A stretch of DNA of 64,000 nt from Octopus sinensis (Eukaryota): contig NC_042999.1 in NCBI RefSeq assembly GCF_006345805.1, forward strand, positions 72,106,001 to 72,170,000. The letters run 5' to 3'. Below, in pieces: positions 1 through 13,925 of the stretch. The number at the start of each line of letters is the position of its first letter. The first letter of the stretch is position 1. The position numbers were made by a program, and so were the translations under genes. A model generated the notes under the pieces. That model searched no databases and was not told the origin of the DNA. It worked only from the letters and a program-made list of their open reading frames with translations.

Positions 1-161
1 AGGTTCTTATTCTTTAAAGTTAACATTCTCACGTAGAGATGAGTAAATGATTCAGTTTAACCGCAGCGGAAATGACAAATTGAAAACAAATCAGATGACC
101 AATGAAATTAATTGTGGATAAATAAATCACCCTAAAAGGAAACAAAGTGGTTTGTTTACAG

Positions 162-234
162 ATGTCATTTAATCGAAGGAGAAAGATGCTAGGTAGATGG
201 GTAGAGGACGTGGGTAAATTAAAGATAATGACAG
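162..234 (+). other. Candidate host exon (73 nt; only frame 0 open, MSFNRRRKMLGRWVEDVGKLKIMT)
   Basis: Acceptor tttgtttacAG at 151-161 and consensus donor CAG|GTAAGT at 232-240; the other two frames contain stops. No recognisable protein family. Confidence 0.3.
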
Positions 235-1742
235 GTAAGTGTCTCAGTCGTGTTAGTAAAATTCCTTCACACTTTGGCGTCGGAGAGATAGTAGGAGGTA
301 AAAAGCCCATAGAGTACGGAGTTGAGCGATAATTCTTGACCGCTTTCTGTATTTATTTTATTTTCCCTTCAAGTCGTAATTTTATTATTAATATCCGAAA
401 GTGAAACACTCTATATTGAGCATGCACAGAGAACACATTCGAATCTGATTTGACCTTTTTTACGACAGTTTACGGTACTTTATGCATTTGCTATATGTAT
501 AATATTTCTGCTATCGGAGTGTTTCTGCAGCGCATGGAGATTTTATACATTTCTAATCACTAAGCTTTTAGAACGCTAAAGTAAAAGTTTTAAACGTAGA
601 AAGGACGTATTTGAGTGGTAAATAAAGCGACTATTTCTGACATTTTGCGGCACTACTTACCTATTTTTCCGGTGCTCATTTTGATGCGAGTCTTCTGCAC
701 CTGAAACCGATGGAAGCACCAAAGCACATATTCCTAACTGTTATGCACCTGGGTTCTCTTGTTTCAAGAATATAACTTTATTTTTTAGTTCTTACTGATT
801 AGGCCAGTTCTGTATGTTATGTTATTGCTCTAATTGTTCTCAACTTAAATTTTATTTATCTTCATACAACACACTACTAAAGATTTAATCAAAAGAATAT
901 CTTTGTTATATTTATAGGGTATATCAACAACCAATATGTGGAAATGTCTGTGTGCATCTGCATGCATGTATTTACATGCTCGTATGTATGTGTGTTTCTG
1001 GGTATGTAAGCAACTGTATATATTTATGTATTATTCATATGCTTGCTCCAATTATATCTCAAAACAAAATATTTCTTTATTTCTTTTAAATTTGCCAATT
1101 TTGTAAGTTTTGAATCATATACAAAGACATTGAGACTGTCAAAATATGTTTATATCATTGTCTTATGAAAGAGAAAACGTCACTACAGATAAACGCAATC
1201 ATAAATAAAAAAAAGGAAGAAACAAATATATATATAAATCAGGTACATTCATAACAGCAATCCGAGCAGGAAGGACAGAAAAAACAATCACAGTATCATT
1301 AGTAATTGTGAATTTTCCGTTTCAGCTGCTTCATTATTATCATTAAAACTGTGTAAAAACTTTTTGAAGTCTCATTTTGTTTATCGCCTACTTTAACAAT
1401 ACAGGCCATTGCTAACTGATATGTTGCTATGAAACTTTATATCCTTAGTTCAAAACCTACTTGAGTTCACTTTCCTTTCTGTTTTTTCTCTGTTTTCAGT
1501 GTTGATATAATTCCGTAGGCAAAATATAAATAAAACATTACAAGCTCTCCGCACATGTAAATGTAAATATAAACCAGTCATATACTGTAACCAATTAAAA
1601 GTTTTACTACATTCCTCAAAATGTATACCATTTTGTTTGATCTAGATCAATAATTTAAACTTCTAGCATGTTGACTGTGATAACCAGTATGGTGATGACA
1701 AATATGTTTTGCAAAGACTGACAAAAAAGAAAACATAACAAT

Positions 1743-2147
1743 AATTATCCTTTCTACTGTAGGCACGAGGCCTGACATCTGGAGGAGGAGTTAGTCGGTT
1801 ACATCGATCCCTGAGCCAACTGGTACTTATTTCGTCAATCCAGAAAAGATGAAAGGCTAAGATGACCTTGGCGGAATTTGAGCTCAGAGCGTAAGACATG
1901 ATGCTAAGCATTTTGTCCGGCATACTAACGATACTTATTTCTTTATTGCACACAAGGGGCTAAACATAGAGGGGACAAAGAAGGACAGACAAACGGATTA
2001 AGTCGATTACATTGACCCCAGTGCGACCCCGAAAGGATGAAAGGCAAAATCGACCTTGGCGGAATTTGAACTCAGAAAGTAACGGCAGACGAAATACGGC
2101 TACGCATTTCGCCCGGCGTGCTAACGTTTCTGCCAGCTAGCTGCTTT
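1743..2147 (-). mobile_element. Two tandem tRNA-derived SINEs (family 1), minus strand
   Basis: Reverse complement of the family-1 body (CGACCCCGAAAGGATGAAAGGCAAAATCGACCTTGGCGGAATTTGAACTCAG) twice; one has the long-tail variant CACAAGGGGCTAAACATAGAGGGGACAAA. Confidence 0.85.
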
Positions 2148-2166
2148 AATAAGAGTTTCAAATTTT

Positions 2167-2566
2167 AAGGCGGCGAACTGGCAGAAACGTTAGCACGCCG
2201 GGCGAAATGCATAGCAGTATTTCGTCGGCCGTTACGTTTTGAGTTCAAATTCCGCCGAGGTGGGCTTTGCCTTTCATCTTTTCGGGGTCGATTAAATAAG
2301 TGTCAGTTACGCACTGGGGTCGATATAATCGACTTAATCGGTTTGTCTGTCCTTGTTTGTCCTGTCTGTGTTTAGCCCATTGTGCATAGTAAAGAAATAA
2401 GTATTTCGTCTGGCTTTGAGCTCTGAGTTCAAATTCCGCCGCGGTCGATTTTGCCTTTCATCCTTTCGGGGTCGATGAATTAAGCACCAGTTGCGAACTG
2501 GTGTCGATCTAATCGACTGGCCCCTACCCAAAAATTTCGGGCCGTGTGCCTAGAGTAGAAAATAAT
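2167..2566 (+). mobile_element. Two tandem tRNA-derived SINEs (family 1), plus strand
   Basis: A-box-like head AAGGCGGCGAACTGGCAGAAACGTTAG, B-box GAGTTCAAATTCC, body GCCTTTCATCCTTTCGGGGTCGAT. Confidence 0.85.
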
Positions 2567-2569
2567 AGT

Positions 2570-3775
2570 TTCAAATTTTGGCACAAAGCCAACAATTTGA
2601 GGGGTGGTGTTAAGTCCTTTACATCAAACCCCAGTACTCAGTTAGTACTTATTTTATCGCAAAGACGGACAACATTCCGCTAAGCATTTTACCTGGCATG
2701 CTTACGGTTCTGCCAGTTCGCCAACTTAAATCTATTTTTAATATTACTAGACGGTGAGATGGTAGAATCTTTATCGCTTAGCAGCATTACTTCCGTCTTT
2801 ACGTCATGAATTAAAATAATTACTAGTTGAATACTGGGATCGCTGAAACTGAGTTACCCCCTGCCCCGAATTTGCTGGCCTTGTGCCAAAATTTGAAACC
2901 AATATTGCCAGAATGTTCAAGACCGTGAGCTGGCAGAATCGCTACAGCACCGAGAAAAATGCTTAGCGGCATTTCTCGACATTACGTTCTGAGTACAAAT
3001 GACGCCGAGGTCGACTTTGCCCTTCATCCTTTCGAGATCGATAAAATAAGTACCAGTTGAACACTAGGGACAATAAAATCGACTTAACCCTCTCCGAAAT
3101 TGCTGGCCTGAAATTTGAAATCAGTATTTTGCATTTTATTTTCTTGGTAATATTTATTTGCTTTCTGAACTGAATTTCCATTGAGTTCTACACTTTTGCA
3201 TTCCATAGTCGGTAAAATCACTGTCAGTTAATAACTAGGATCGAGGAAATAATATGAAACGTTCCTACCTTCTTCAAACATGTACCATTGTTCTCTTATG
3301 AAACCTTATAATTACAGAAAAAAACAGGTTATGGTTAGTTAGTTAAATAACACAAAATCATTTTATGAATAAAAGTCTCTTCGGGATCGATAAAATAAAT
3401 ACTTGCATAGGGTGTCGATATAATTGCCTATATGCTCTCTGCAAACTGGATACATGATGTACTGAAAGAGAAAGTAAACAGTTAGACAAAACGGAATGCG
3501 GTACTTAGTTATATCCTTTCACAGAATGCATACAAATACTTGTAGGCTGCGTCTAAATACATACGAATACTGAAGTCTATTTGATCGAACATATCCTCAC
3601 TGTAAAATGTGTATACTCCTGTAATTACAATTTTTACTGTTGGCAGAAATGTTATCGCATCGTAAATAGTCGCTTCTTTTCAGTCTCTTTACGTTCTGAG
3701 TTCAATTTCCACCGTAGTCGACTTCCATTTTCATCCTTTCAGGGATCGGTAAAAATAAAATATTTCGAACACAAA
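2570..3775. mobile_element. Further family-1 SINE copies and fragments (2570-2730 minus; 2750-2905, 2915-3125, 3650-3775 plus)
   Basis: Repeated head, B-box and tail (GCTGGCCTTGTGCCAAAATTTGAAA) motifs. Confidence 0.75.
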
Positions 3776-5839
3776 TGAGAGGTATAGGTAATGTGACCAA
3801 GGCAGGCAGTTGGGAACGTGGGGGTCCTCTTCAAAAGCAAAACCCTCGTGCAGAAGTACTCCATAGTTCCCATATGCATCAAGGAGCTCACCATCTCCCC
3901 AAATATTTAGGAGTAAGGATCTGTTACATTAAGATAAGAGATTTCCACCTGCGCTTGACATAGCTGGATGTTGACCTGTCTTTCTTTGAGGAACAGGGAG
4001 GCCCTTCGCGGCATATAGCAAAAAGAGGGAGATGGTTTTGGACTACAGTAGAGCTCCTCCTAGAGATGCATGTTGCGTTTCAGCGCAGAAGGCCAAGACA
4101 CCACTTGTGTGATGTGAAATAAATCTTTAAAATTTTTGTCCTTAACAAAAAAAGACAAATTGAGATGCCTACTAATGTCATACAACAACAGAATGTGGAG
4201 AAAGAACGCCACCACCTACACCAACCCGTTAAGAACAATAGCAATTGCAGTAACAGTTAACTAAACAACTGCAGCCACCGCTGTGACAACAGCGGCAGAA
4301 TTATCAATAGCATACCTCCGCATCACATGCATCAGAAACTTCTGATGTGGCAATATCAACACGCAAAGAGGAGATGCAACCAAGAATAAAAAATTAAAAT
4401 CCAATCATTTTTTTCAAAGCGGCACCCGTTCTAAACCAAACACATACAAATCCACAACAACAATTCTATCACCGCCATCAGCAACACTCCGGTCAACAAA
4501 AAGAAAAACATAAAGGAACAGCATGAGCAGACAAAAACACAAACACAACATCAATACCACCCTCACCAACTTTGCTCTGATAAGAAGCACGTATGAATAA
4601 GTCCTGTCGCCTGCAAATGGAAAACATCGAAACACGTTAAGAGGACTTCAAGTCCAGCACTGTCAAAAAAGCCACAGAAATTGAAAATAATAAGGCTGGA
4701 CTTAGAGATTAAAATTACGGAGAGAGAGTTTCCCCAATGATGTGGGAACTTCGAACATAAAGACCAGCAGCTGGCTCTGAAAGGACTTCCCAAAGCCAAA
4801 TCAAAACTCCATAGAGACAATCATCCCGTCTCCGAAAACACTTATTTCTATTTTAACTATTAAATCAATGCTTCCATAATATCATTATTATTCTTGTTTC
4901 ATGTTTGTGTTGTTCTCCATTTCATTTATTCTTAATCATATCAAAGATTACGTTTAATGTAATTCTCTTCTCCTTGTTTCTTCATCTGGAATAATAAAAA
5001 AAATACAAATTCTTAAATAATTTTCTTCTCTTCTAAGTTGCATTCACGCAATTTTCGGATCCGATTCATGTAATACATACACCAGTGTTTATTTTTCTTT
5101 CGTTTATCAGCAGCAGCATAAAACCTTGGGTCGATCATTCTCACAGCGTTTGTATTGATTCCAACCTTGTTTAACATGTTAATTAAAGATGTTAGCACCA
5201 GAGGTAAAGAGAAACAAGAGAAGAATCCCACATGGAATACCTCTCTTCAAATGGTACTCAGATTAGGTTTCATAATTCTCTTTTGTATTTTTGCTATTAA
5301 CTGAAGACGTGTTTAATGTATTTATTTATTATTAGAATTTCGTTATTTTTAGCTATAGTTCTCAAGATAGAGATGCGAGGAAAATGTCAAATCCTGCCTG
5401 ATGGTGAATGTATTTCAAACTCACTCACAGCTTTCTCTTTTCACAATCTATACATATGGTTTTGTTTATCACTAAATACTTTATATAAATGTATGAGCTA
5501 CTGCAACAACCCTTCTGTTTTTCTAGAAACGGGTTGTTTGTATCCCATGTTTATTATTTGCAATATTGCTGCACAAAATTCGTTGTAGAACGTAAGCTGG
5601 TGGGTTATAAGACTCTAAGTTTGTGATCCTTGTTGGTTTTATAAGATAGGTATTGCGTAATTCTGTCACTCGTAAATATTTGACGTCGACGGAGTTCAAT
5701 ACTGTTAGACATTTTGGTCTATACTCTAGCGATACCGCCTATCAATAACAGTGTTTCTAAAAACGTATATCCTTTATAACTGATTTAAAGTAAATATATT
5801 TGTAAAATATATTTACATAAAGTGAATTATATATATATA

Positions 5840-6224
5840 CTAGCAGTATCGCCCGGCGTTGCTCAGGTTTGTAAGGGAAATAACTATAAAGCATTTTTAG
5901 AGAGTTATAGCCAAAAAACAGCAAAAAAATTGAAAAAAATTATGGTAAATTTTTTTTTTGAGAGTTAAAAAGGTCGAGTTGCGTCCCCTGGACAGTCTGT
6001 GGTTCGTGTTTCTGATTCTCGACCCCATGTCGAATTTATCGACTTTTTTCAGAACTGGGGGAACTTTTCAAAATTTTCGCTGCGTTAATTTTGAATTATG
6101 ACATTGGGCTATGTGTGTGTTAAGTTTCATCAGAATCGGTTGAAAGCCGTGGTCAGGGTGAGGGTACAAGCAAACAGACACACAGAAACACGCACAGACA
6201 AACTGCCGTTTATATAGAGAGAGA
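5840..6224 (-). mobile_element. Non-autonomous Helitron-type element (~385 bp)
   Basis: On the minus strand it starts A|TC (6224) and ends CTAG|T (5840), preceded by a GC-rich subterminal palindrome (CGCCGGGCG). Internal ACAG/ACAC microsatellite and AAGTTTCATCAGAATCGGTTG block are typical of Lep1/DINE-like elements. Confidence 0.75.
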
Positions 6225-6227
6225 TAA

Positions 6228-6265
<38 letters not shown>

Positions 6266-6272
6266 TTATTTA

Positions 6273-6577
6273 TGCGCCTTTTTCAAGCCTAGCCAGGCTC
6301 ATGGGCCCGGTTTCCCGGTTTCTGTGGCGTATGTGTTCGCCCCAAATGGACGGGACGCCAGTCCATCGCAGCGTTACTCAAGAAACAGGAAGAAAGAATG
6401 AGGGAAAGCTGGGGCGAAAGAGTACAACAGGGGGTCTCCACCACCCCTTGTCGTAGCGTCGTGGATATTTAGGTGTTTTCGCTCAATAAACACACACAAC
6501 GCCCGATCTGGGAATCGAAACCGCGATCCTCCGACCGCGAGTCCGCTGCCCTAACCACTGGGCCATTGAGCCTCCAC
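6273..6577 (-). mobile_element. tRNA-headed SINE with V-domain-like core
   Basis: Minus strand: GGAGGCTCAATGGCCCAGTGGTTAGGGCAGCGGAC...GGTTTCGATTCCC (A/B boxes) and core TGCGATGGACTGGCGTCCCGTCCA. Confidence 0.75.
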
Positions 6578-6606
6578 ACACACACACACACACCACACAC
6601 ACACAC

Positions 6607-6641
<35 letters not shown>

Positions 6642-6643
6642 TG

Positions 6644-6711
<68 letters not shown>

Positions 6712-6903
6712 CAGTAATAATAATTATAAGTATTATTACGATGTTGCATAGCATTACCTTTAACGCTTTAAATATATTTACTGCTTTATATAGACCTACA
6801 CATGTTTCAACTGCATCGATTAGTAACCGTTGCAGTTGCAACCCTACTATAATACCGGTGCAGTTTCTTGGGGTCTTTACTTAATATTCTTTGATTTAAC
6901 TGT

Positions 6904-6964
<61 letters not shown>

Positions 6965-7022
6965 CTATATATATATATATATATATATACATATATATAA
7001 TATATATATACATATATATATA

Positions 7023-7098
<76 letters not shown>
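6578..7098. repeat. Compound (CA)n/(TA)n microsatellites
   Basis: Visible dinucleotide runs. Similar (TA)n, (CA)n, (TATG)n, (GATA)n and (AAT)n blocks recur across 8.6-48.3 kb. Confidence 0.95.
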
Positions 7099-7519
7099 AA
7101 CCGAAACACTGCTAGCCCTTCTTACTACCTACCATACCATCGCCACATAACACATATCTCACTCTACCTTCTACCTCTCTGAAGAGAAAAAGGAATATGT
7201 ATGAGAGAGAGAGATACAGAGAAAGACAGACAGAGAGAGACAGAGAGAGACAAAGATTCTAGCAGAGGATCGCATCGTTTTGATCTCTATATTGAATCAT
7301 TACATTCCAATAATTTTCTTCTCAAAAGGATGTAAAGTAAGATTGATATCGCTGGAATTTGAACTCAAAGAACAAAGAATTTCTTCCGACGACCTTAAAT
7401 GGCAATTATAATAATTATAATAATCAAACTTGTATATATTTCATTACAATTGCTATTTACGCTGTATTTCTCATAGATACAGACAGAGCCGAGTAGTGGG
7501 AAATCTGTCTTCGCAATCT

Positions 7520-8140
7520 TGTGATAACATGTACTTTTCTACAGTAGGCACAAGGCTCGAAATTTTGGGAGAGGGTGCCAGTCGATTGGATCGAACCCAG
7601 TACGCAACTGGTACTTAATTTATCGACCCCGAAAGAATGAATGACAAAGTCGACCTCGGCGGAATTTGAACTAAGAACGTAAAGACAGAGCAATGTGTGG
7701 TGTCTTGAGAGGATATATTTTTAACATAGTTTCCGATGAACCTCAGCATTGTGGAAAGCCGGATAATATCTGGAAGTTGGTTAGATAGATTTCTCCAGTA
7801 AATCAAAGTCTCAGCCTTGTCACGTATTGTGTCATGCTGATTCGGCCAAAAATTATATTAATAGTAGTCATGTATAAGATACTCAGTGAGAAATTTTTCT
7901 TTATTCATTACTACAAATTTTAAAAACAGATTTGTATATTGATTTCAAATTACGGCACAAAGCCAGCAATTTCGGGGCAAGGATTAATACGATTATATCG
8001 ACCCCAGAGTTCAAATGGTACTTATTTTATTGACTCCGAAAAGATGAAAGGCAAAATCGACCCCGACGGAATTTTATCGCAGAACGTAAAGTCGGTAGAA
8101 ATCTCGATACTTATTTTATTCGGTGCAGTAACGATTCTAC
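7520..8140 (-). mobile_element. Two family-1 SINE copies (about 7520-7690 and 7940-8140)
   Basis: GGCACAAGGC...ATCGACCCC...GAAAGATGAAAGGCAAAATCGACC motifs. Confidence 0.75.
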
Positions 8141-8634
8141 CATCTTACAGACTTTTTATATAAAATGAACGTTTATGCCACAGTAATTTCTTATATGAAC
8201 TTACTGCTCGAAACTTCACATAGACGACTCAGATGTGCGTGCTTCTTAAGGAAACCATTAGATAGACACTGGAACTTCCCAATGTAGTCCCCAAATACCC
8301 TTCTGTCTACCAAGCTTTTTAACCAAGTCATTAAGTACGGGCTAGTCAGGGCTAGATTCCTTATAAATTATTTAAAGTGAACCCAAAATGTCATGCAGAA
8401 AAATTTATAGTCGTACAAATATGGTTCTGAGCTCTAGGCATCTTATGATTAGCTACCTATATTTTTCCTGTTGAAGACAGAGAACATTAACCAAGGTTTT
8501 ATCAACGATATAACAAAATTTCAATGTTTAAAAAATGAAATAAAATAACAAATTTTCAACAAATGTTCAACAGAAAACATATCGACAAAAATAAACTTCT
8601 AAAAGAAACAAATGTGTGTGTATGTGCGTTTGTG

Positions 8635-8710
<76 letters not shown>

Positions 8711-11629
8711 TATCGGAAACGTGTTCTTTTACGTGAACGGGGAAGGCAGAAACGAAATTTCTAAAAGCAAGAAGTAAAATACGGGTAAAAGAAAAAAGAT
8801 TATATATGAAAGGAATTAATAAGCAGAGAAATACGCAAGCTGAAAGCCGGTAAAGATATTTCCTTACTCTAATCTGTGACTTTTGAAGAAGAAGGCTACG
8901 GAAAGAAAAGAAAATATAGTCATTAAAGTCAGTAATGTGTATTGAATTGAAGAGAGAAATTCCATTATGTTATCTTAGCTGAGATTAGAAAGTTAATTAT
9001 ATGCTTATTGTTATATGCAAAAGATAATGAATTTGCTTTGTGATTTTGTTTCTTAGCCTGTCTACATTATTATATACGTTTTGCATGGACATCGATAGAG
9101 TAGAATCTTGTTTCATAACGATCAACAATCAAGTGAACGGTGATGACAATAGCAGCCTAAGTAAGAAGTGGTCAAGGCGTAGGATGAGAATATAGAAAAT
9201 GAAACACACTCGTGTATAGACAACCTATATACGTATATGTATCTATATGTGTGCGTGTGAAGTATGTATATATACATATGTATATATATTTATACACACA
9301 CACGTATACACACACATGTATGCACACACGTATATACATAATGTTTTCCTTTATTAAAATATGGGGACAGCAGGATATCAAAATAATAGACAAAAACGAC
9401 GTTTTCTTTTGCATCTGTTATAAACTTGTATTGATAACAATTTTGTATACAACAGTGGAAACAATCAATCAACGAACTCAAACATTGTCCGGCTGGGATG
9501 CTAACTAAAAATCTTTATTTCTTAGAAGACATAATGTTATAAGTTCTTTGTTGTATGAACAAGTTAAAGTACTCCTGGTATTATCTGCCTATTGCTTTTC
9601 AACACACAATTTTAAACGTTCCTGATACAAAAAATTGAATGCGACGTGAAAGTGACATGACTGCGAAGCAAACTTTATTTGTGGAGCATTTCATCAAGAC
9701 TAAACTAGTATTTGTTATGAGCTATGTCTAAAGGGAAACGAAAACAGACCTCCTACATGATTAACATCGTCTGTAATAATAGTAAATGCAAGATTGTAGC
9801 TTTTCAACTACTATTTTTGTTTGTCGTCGTGGAATACAGAACTATATGTTGTATTATTTCAATTTCTTTCTTGTATCTTCGTTACTTTGCTAATATATTT
9901 CTCACTTAGATGACAAGTACATTTGCTACCTACTGCTAAAGGTTATAAATTCGATCTAAAATACTTGTTTTTACTTATTTGTAATTGTGATAAGAAATAA
10001 TAGTGGAGATATTAAACGTTTTTCATATCTCTGCTTGTCCTGCTATTGTGGCAATCTCTTAACATTAGCACGCAAAAAAATATTTTTCATAAACTATTCT
10101 CGCAATGCATACATATACATATAAATATGTGTGTGTGCAAACACACACATACACACACACACACATATACATACATACATACATATACATACATCATGCA
10201 TAATATATATGTGTATGTAAGTATCTTATTCTGCTGTTATTACAAACATGGAAAGAAGAGATGCGTAATTTGTTTCTTTTTCTATTGTGATTCAATTATG
10301 AAAATGGATGCGTGGCTTCATATTAAAATGACAATAACAGAATGTAAAATAATACCGCACGTAGATGCTTGGGCACAACGAGAGTAATTAGTGTTGTATC
10401 GTGTATCATATTTCCACACGACACATTTCCAATTGATACAGCGAACTGCGACAGGATGATACAATAGCTAAGACGTTAATGCTTCAGAGTTGCGATATGA
10501 GTTGTCTAAATCACGCTATCTTTGTTATAAAGGTCAAACATTTGCTATAAATGGAATTGCTTAAGACGGTTATAACCAATTTGACGTTATTGAAATTTCA
10601 TGCCTCAGTCAGACGAAGAAATGTAGCACCCTTCACGCTTTCTGCAGAGCCTTCGCCATAGCTGGCCACTGACCAGATAATGAGAACAACGATCTCTATA
10701 ATGCTCTTCCAAATAGTTTCCATCTAATTATTTCTTACAAGACTTGGTCTAGCAAAGCCTTTGGTAGAAACGTGACTAAGGTCTTGCGCAATGGAATCGA
10801 GCCCTAAACTACGTAGTTCTGCATTTTTAACCACGTAACCATCACTAATTATAGAAGCTATTAGTACTGCTGTTGTGAGCTTATGCTCTAGAGGGACTAT
10901 CACAACTGACTTTATGTGGTCACATACATTGTGATAAAACCCCCGATAATCTTAACATCAGCAGCAACACAAATCGTTATATGAAAGATCCGCACTATTT
11001 TACACTATTTTGGTAGATTACGTCAGTATTCGACACTTGTGTTACACAAATGTTTTGCACTCCTAAAATGTTTCATCAATAAATGAAAACAAATTAGTTT
11101 TTCTTTGTTTTGTTTTGTTTTTTGTATTTAAATTTTTTTTAACCTTTAGTATTTATTATTTTGTATTTTAAAATGTTTTTATCTGTTTCGTCATAGATAA
11201 CGAATAAGTTGTTTGAACGACTTTTAAATTTCAAACGTAAAGCTATTTAAACAAAACCAGTGACTCTGCTATGCACAACGATTTTCGCATAAAATCACCA
11301 ATCATCAAATGCCATATTAACCATGTTTATATTTCTTCTCAGTGTCATAGCAATCAAAATATACTATTCAGCCACAAAATAGACATCTAACACAATTTTA
11401 GGAGAAACGTGGGAAACATTAGCAAAACTCTTTTTACAATAAATACAAAAAGTGAAATAAGTTGAAAATAAAAAAAGAACACAGTGTTATGTCAAAAAGT
11501 TATGCGTACTAAACTCAACATCGATCGCATTATGACCATTAGCTTCTACATGGGGTGCCACAATATTAATGAATACTCTTAGCGCAGAGGTGCCCACATA
11601 CGGCACACGGTCCGGATTCAGCCATTTCA

Positions 11630-11935
11630 CTATGCTTAGTTCGACCCTCGTGTTGTGTTCTTGAACAAGACACTTTATTTCAGGTTGCTCCAGTTCACTC
11701 AGTTGTAGGAATGAGTTACAACGTCTCTGGTGCTAAGATGTATTGGCCTTTGCCTTTCCCTCGGATAACATCGGTGGTATGGAGACGGGAGGCTGGTATG
11801 CATTCGTGACTGCTGGTCTTCCACAAAAACAACCTTAGGTTGTGCATTCGCCGGTGAGACGACTTTCCGCTCAGACCTGTACCCCGGCGGGGAATCACTT
11901 AGATGCACCCAAGGTCATTCGTGGCTGACCTAGTC
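11630..11935 (+). mobile_element. SINE of another family (CORE/Meta-like middle), head degraded
   Basis: GTGTTGTGTTCTTGAACAAGACACTTTATTTCAGGTTGCTCCAGTTCACTCAG; a related minus-strand copy with a tRNA head lies at 14190-14403. Confidence 0.6.
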
Positions 11936-13059
11936 GAGATTTTTTTTATATGTTGTGTATATATGTACTAAGCTTACGAAGAATCAGTCTGCAGCCGATT
12001 TGTTCGACTAAAGGCGGTGCTCCAGCATGGCTGCACTCATATGACTGAAATAAGTAAAAGAAAGAAAAGACATAAAAGAAACATATGAACACACACATGC
12101 ACACACATACATATAAATACTAGAGAGGTCTATCATTGCTTCAATGCTGCTACATTTTTCTACGCACATGGCCATTTATAATATAATGCCAAACACCTAC
12201 CACAATCAGGAATAATAATAACAGCGGAAAGAGAACAAGAACAGCAAACACAGCTACAATATAATTACCAATGTCGTAAGCACAAAAACTACAGTCGAAA
12301 CAAAAGCGAACACTGCTACGATCTCCAAGATCTCATATTTAGAGAAAGCAAGCAGCACAAAAGCGTTCAGGTGGCACATTGTAAGAAAAGACGCTGAAAA
12401 TGAAGAGCGGAGAGACGAGGGCCACCTCCCAGTGGTGTCGGGCGTCAACGAATACCCCTCGACTACAACAAGACGACCAAATTTTTTTTCCGAAGGTCTG
12501 CGGTCCCCCGCCCCTAAGCCCTAGACCATCACCTAATCACCCTTATCCGTCATGTTGCTTAACAACAACAACAACAACAGCAACAACACAAAAAACAACA
12601 ACATAGAATAGCTTCAGCAAGTATGGCAACAAGAGACAAACCAACACCAGCAATCCTAAGAATAGATACAACGTTCATGCTATGAACAGGAAATGTAACA
12701 TCAAGTGCAGCCATACCAATGAACACATCAACACAATCACTAATAAGAGCAGTGAATATCAAGTATCTAACTCCGTAGTATGGACACACGCTTTATTTGA
12801 ATTGAGTTCACCAGCCATTTTATATATTGTATTACATTTATACCTTTAGAAAAAGGAAGGATATCTGAAGCTTCCATTTATTATTCAAGAATTTAGAGTC
12901 TTTGTTTTGTTTTTGGGGGGGTGTTTTTTCGTAATATATGACAATTCTCAATGCAAAATTATTTCACAAAACGGAAAGATTCAGGAGAGCAGATCTGAAT
13001 ACACTTAACCACATGAGATACCTACCCACTAGGGTATATATATATATATATATATACAC

Positions 13060-13091
<32 letters not shown>

Positions 13092-13218
13092 TTTCTTCTG
13101 CCCTTATCTTGTAAATTATTTATAAATTTAACCTTTAATGGTATTTTTTGATATGCTGGCCATTGATAAAATATTCCCCGAAAAAAATGTTATCCTACAT
13201 TAGTTATATATATGTATG

Positions 13219-13283
<65 letters not shown>

Positions 13284-13471
13284 GGAAAAAAGCAACAAGA
13301 ATGGATTAAAATCTCGGTACGATCGTTTCGTACGAGGACATCTTTAATAAGCTACAAAAAATGCAGTGAATACAGATGGCTCGTACTCGTCAGCCGAAAA
13401 AACATCAGAGAATTCCCAAACATCAAAAGGGGTAGATACAAAAGAGGTTGTAAGATTAACTGCATTGAAGA

Positions 13472-13925
13472 AAGTTCGATTCATGGAGATCCGATGAAAG
13501 GTTTTAAACTTACAGAATTTGTGCATGTCTACATATAGCTCATATTGAATTTTTAATCAAGTTGTGTGAAGAAATTTTCGGATACAGTCATGCGAAATTT
13601 CTGAAAATCCGAGTAAGAGGCAAAGTGACTGCCATATCATGTAGAGGAAAGTCTGAGTAAAAGCAAAGTGACTGTCATATCGTGTAGAGGAACAGATTGT
13701 TATTGAAATTTACAAGAATCGCAGATAAGTTCGATTCTTGGACATCCGATGAAAAGTCTTGAACTTACAGAATATGTGCATGTCCTTATAGTTCATAATC
13801 CAGTTTTGTGAAGAGATTTAGGGTACAATCATGCGAAAATATCAGGGAATCCGAATGAGAAGCAATATGACAGTCTTATATTGTAGAGGTGCCTGTTGTT
13901 AATGAATTTTACAAGAATCACAGAG
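13472..13925. repeat. Degenerate direct duplication (13472-13726 / 13727-13925) with an internal ~40-bp duplication
   Basis: AAGTTCGATTC(A/T)TGGA(G/C)ATCCGATGAAA at 13472 and 13727; both copies end TTTACAAGAATC(G/A)CAGA. Confidence 0.8.

Noticed and set aside
6500-6577. Functional tRNA genes (also 15958-16026 and 14340-14403)
   Set aside because: A/B boxes are present, but there is no proper acceptor stem and each runs into a SINE or repeat body.
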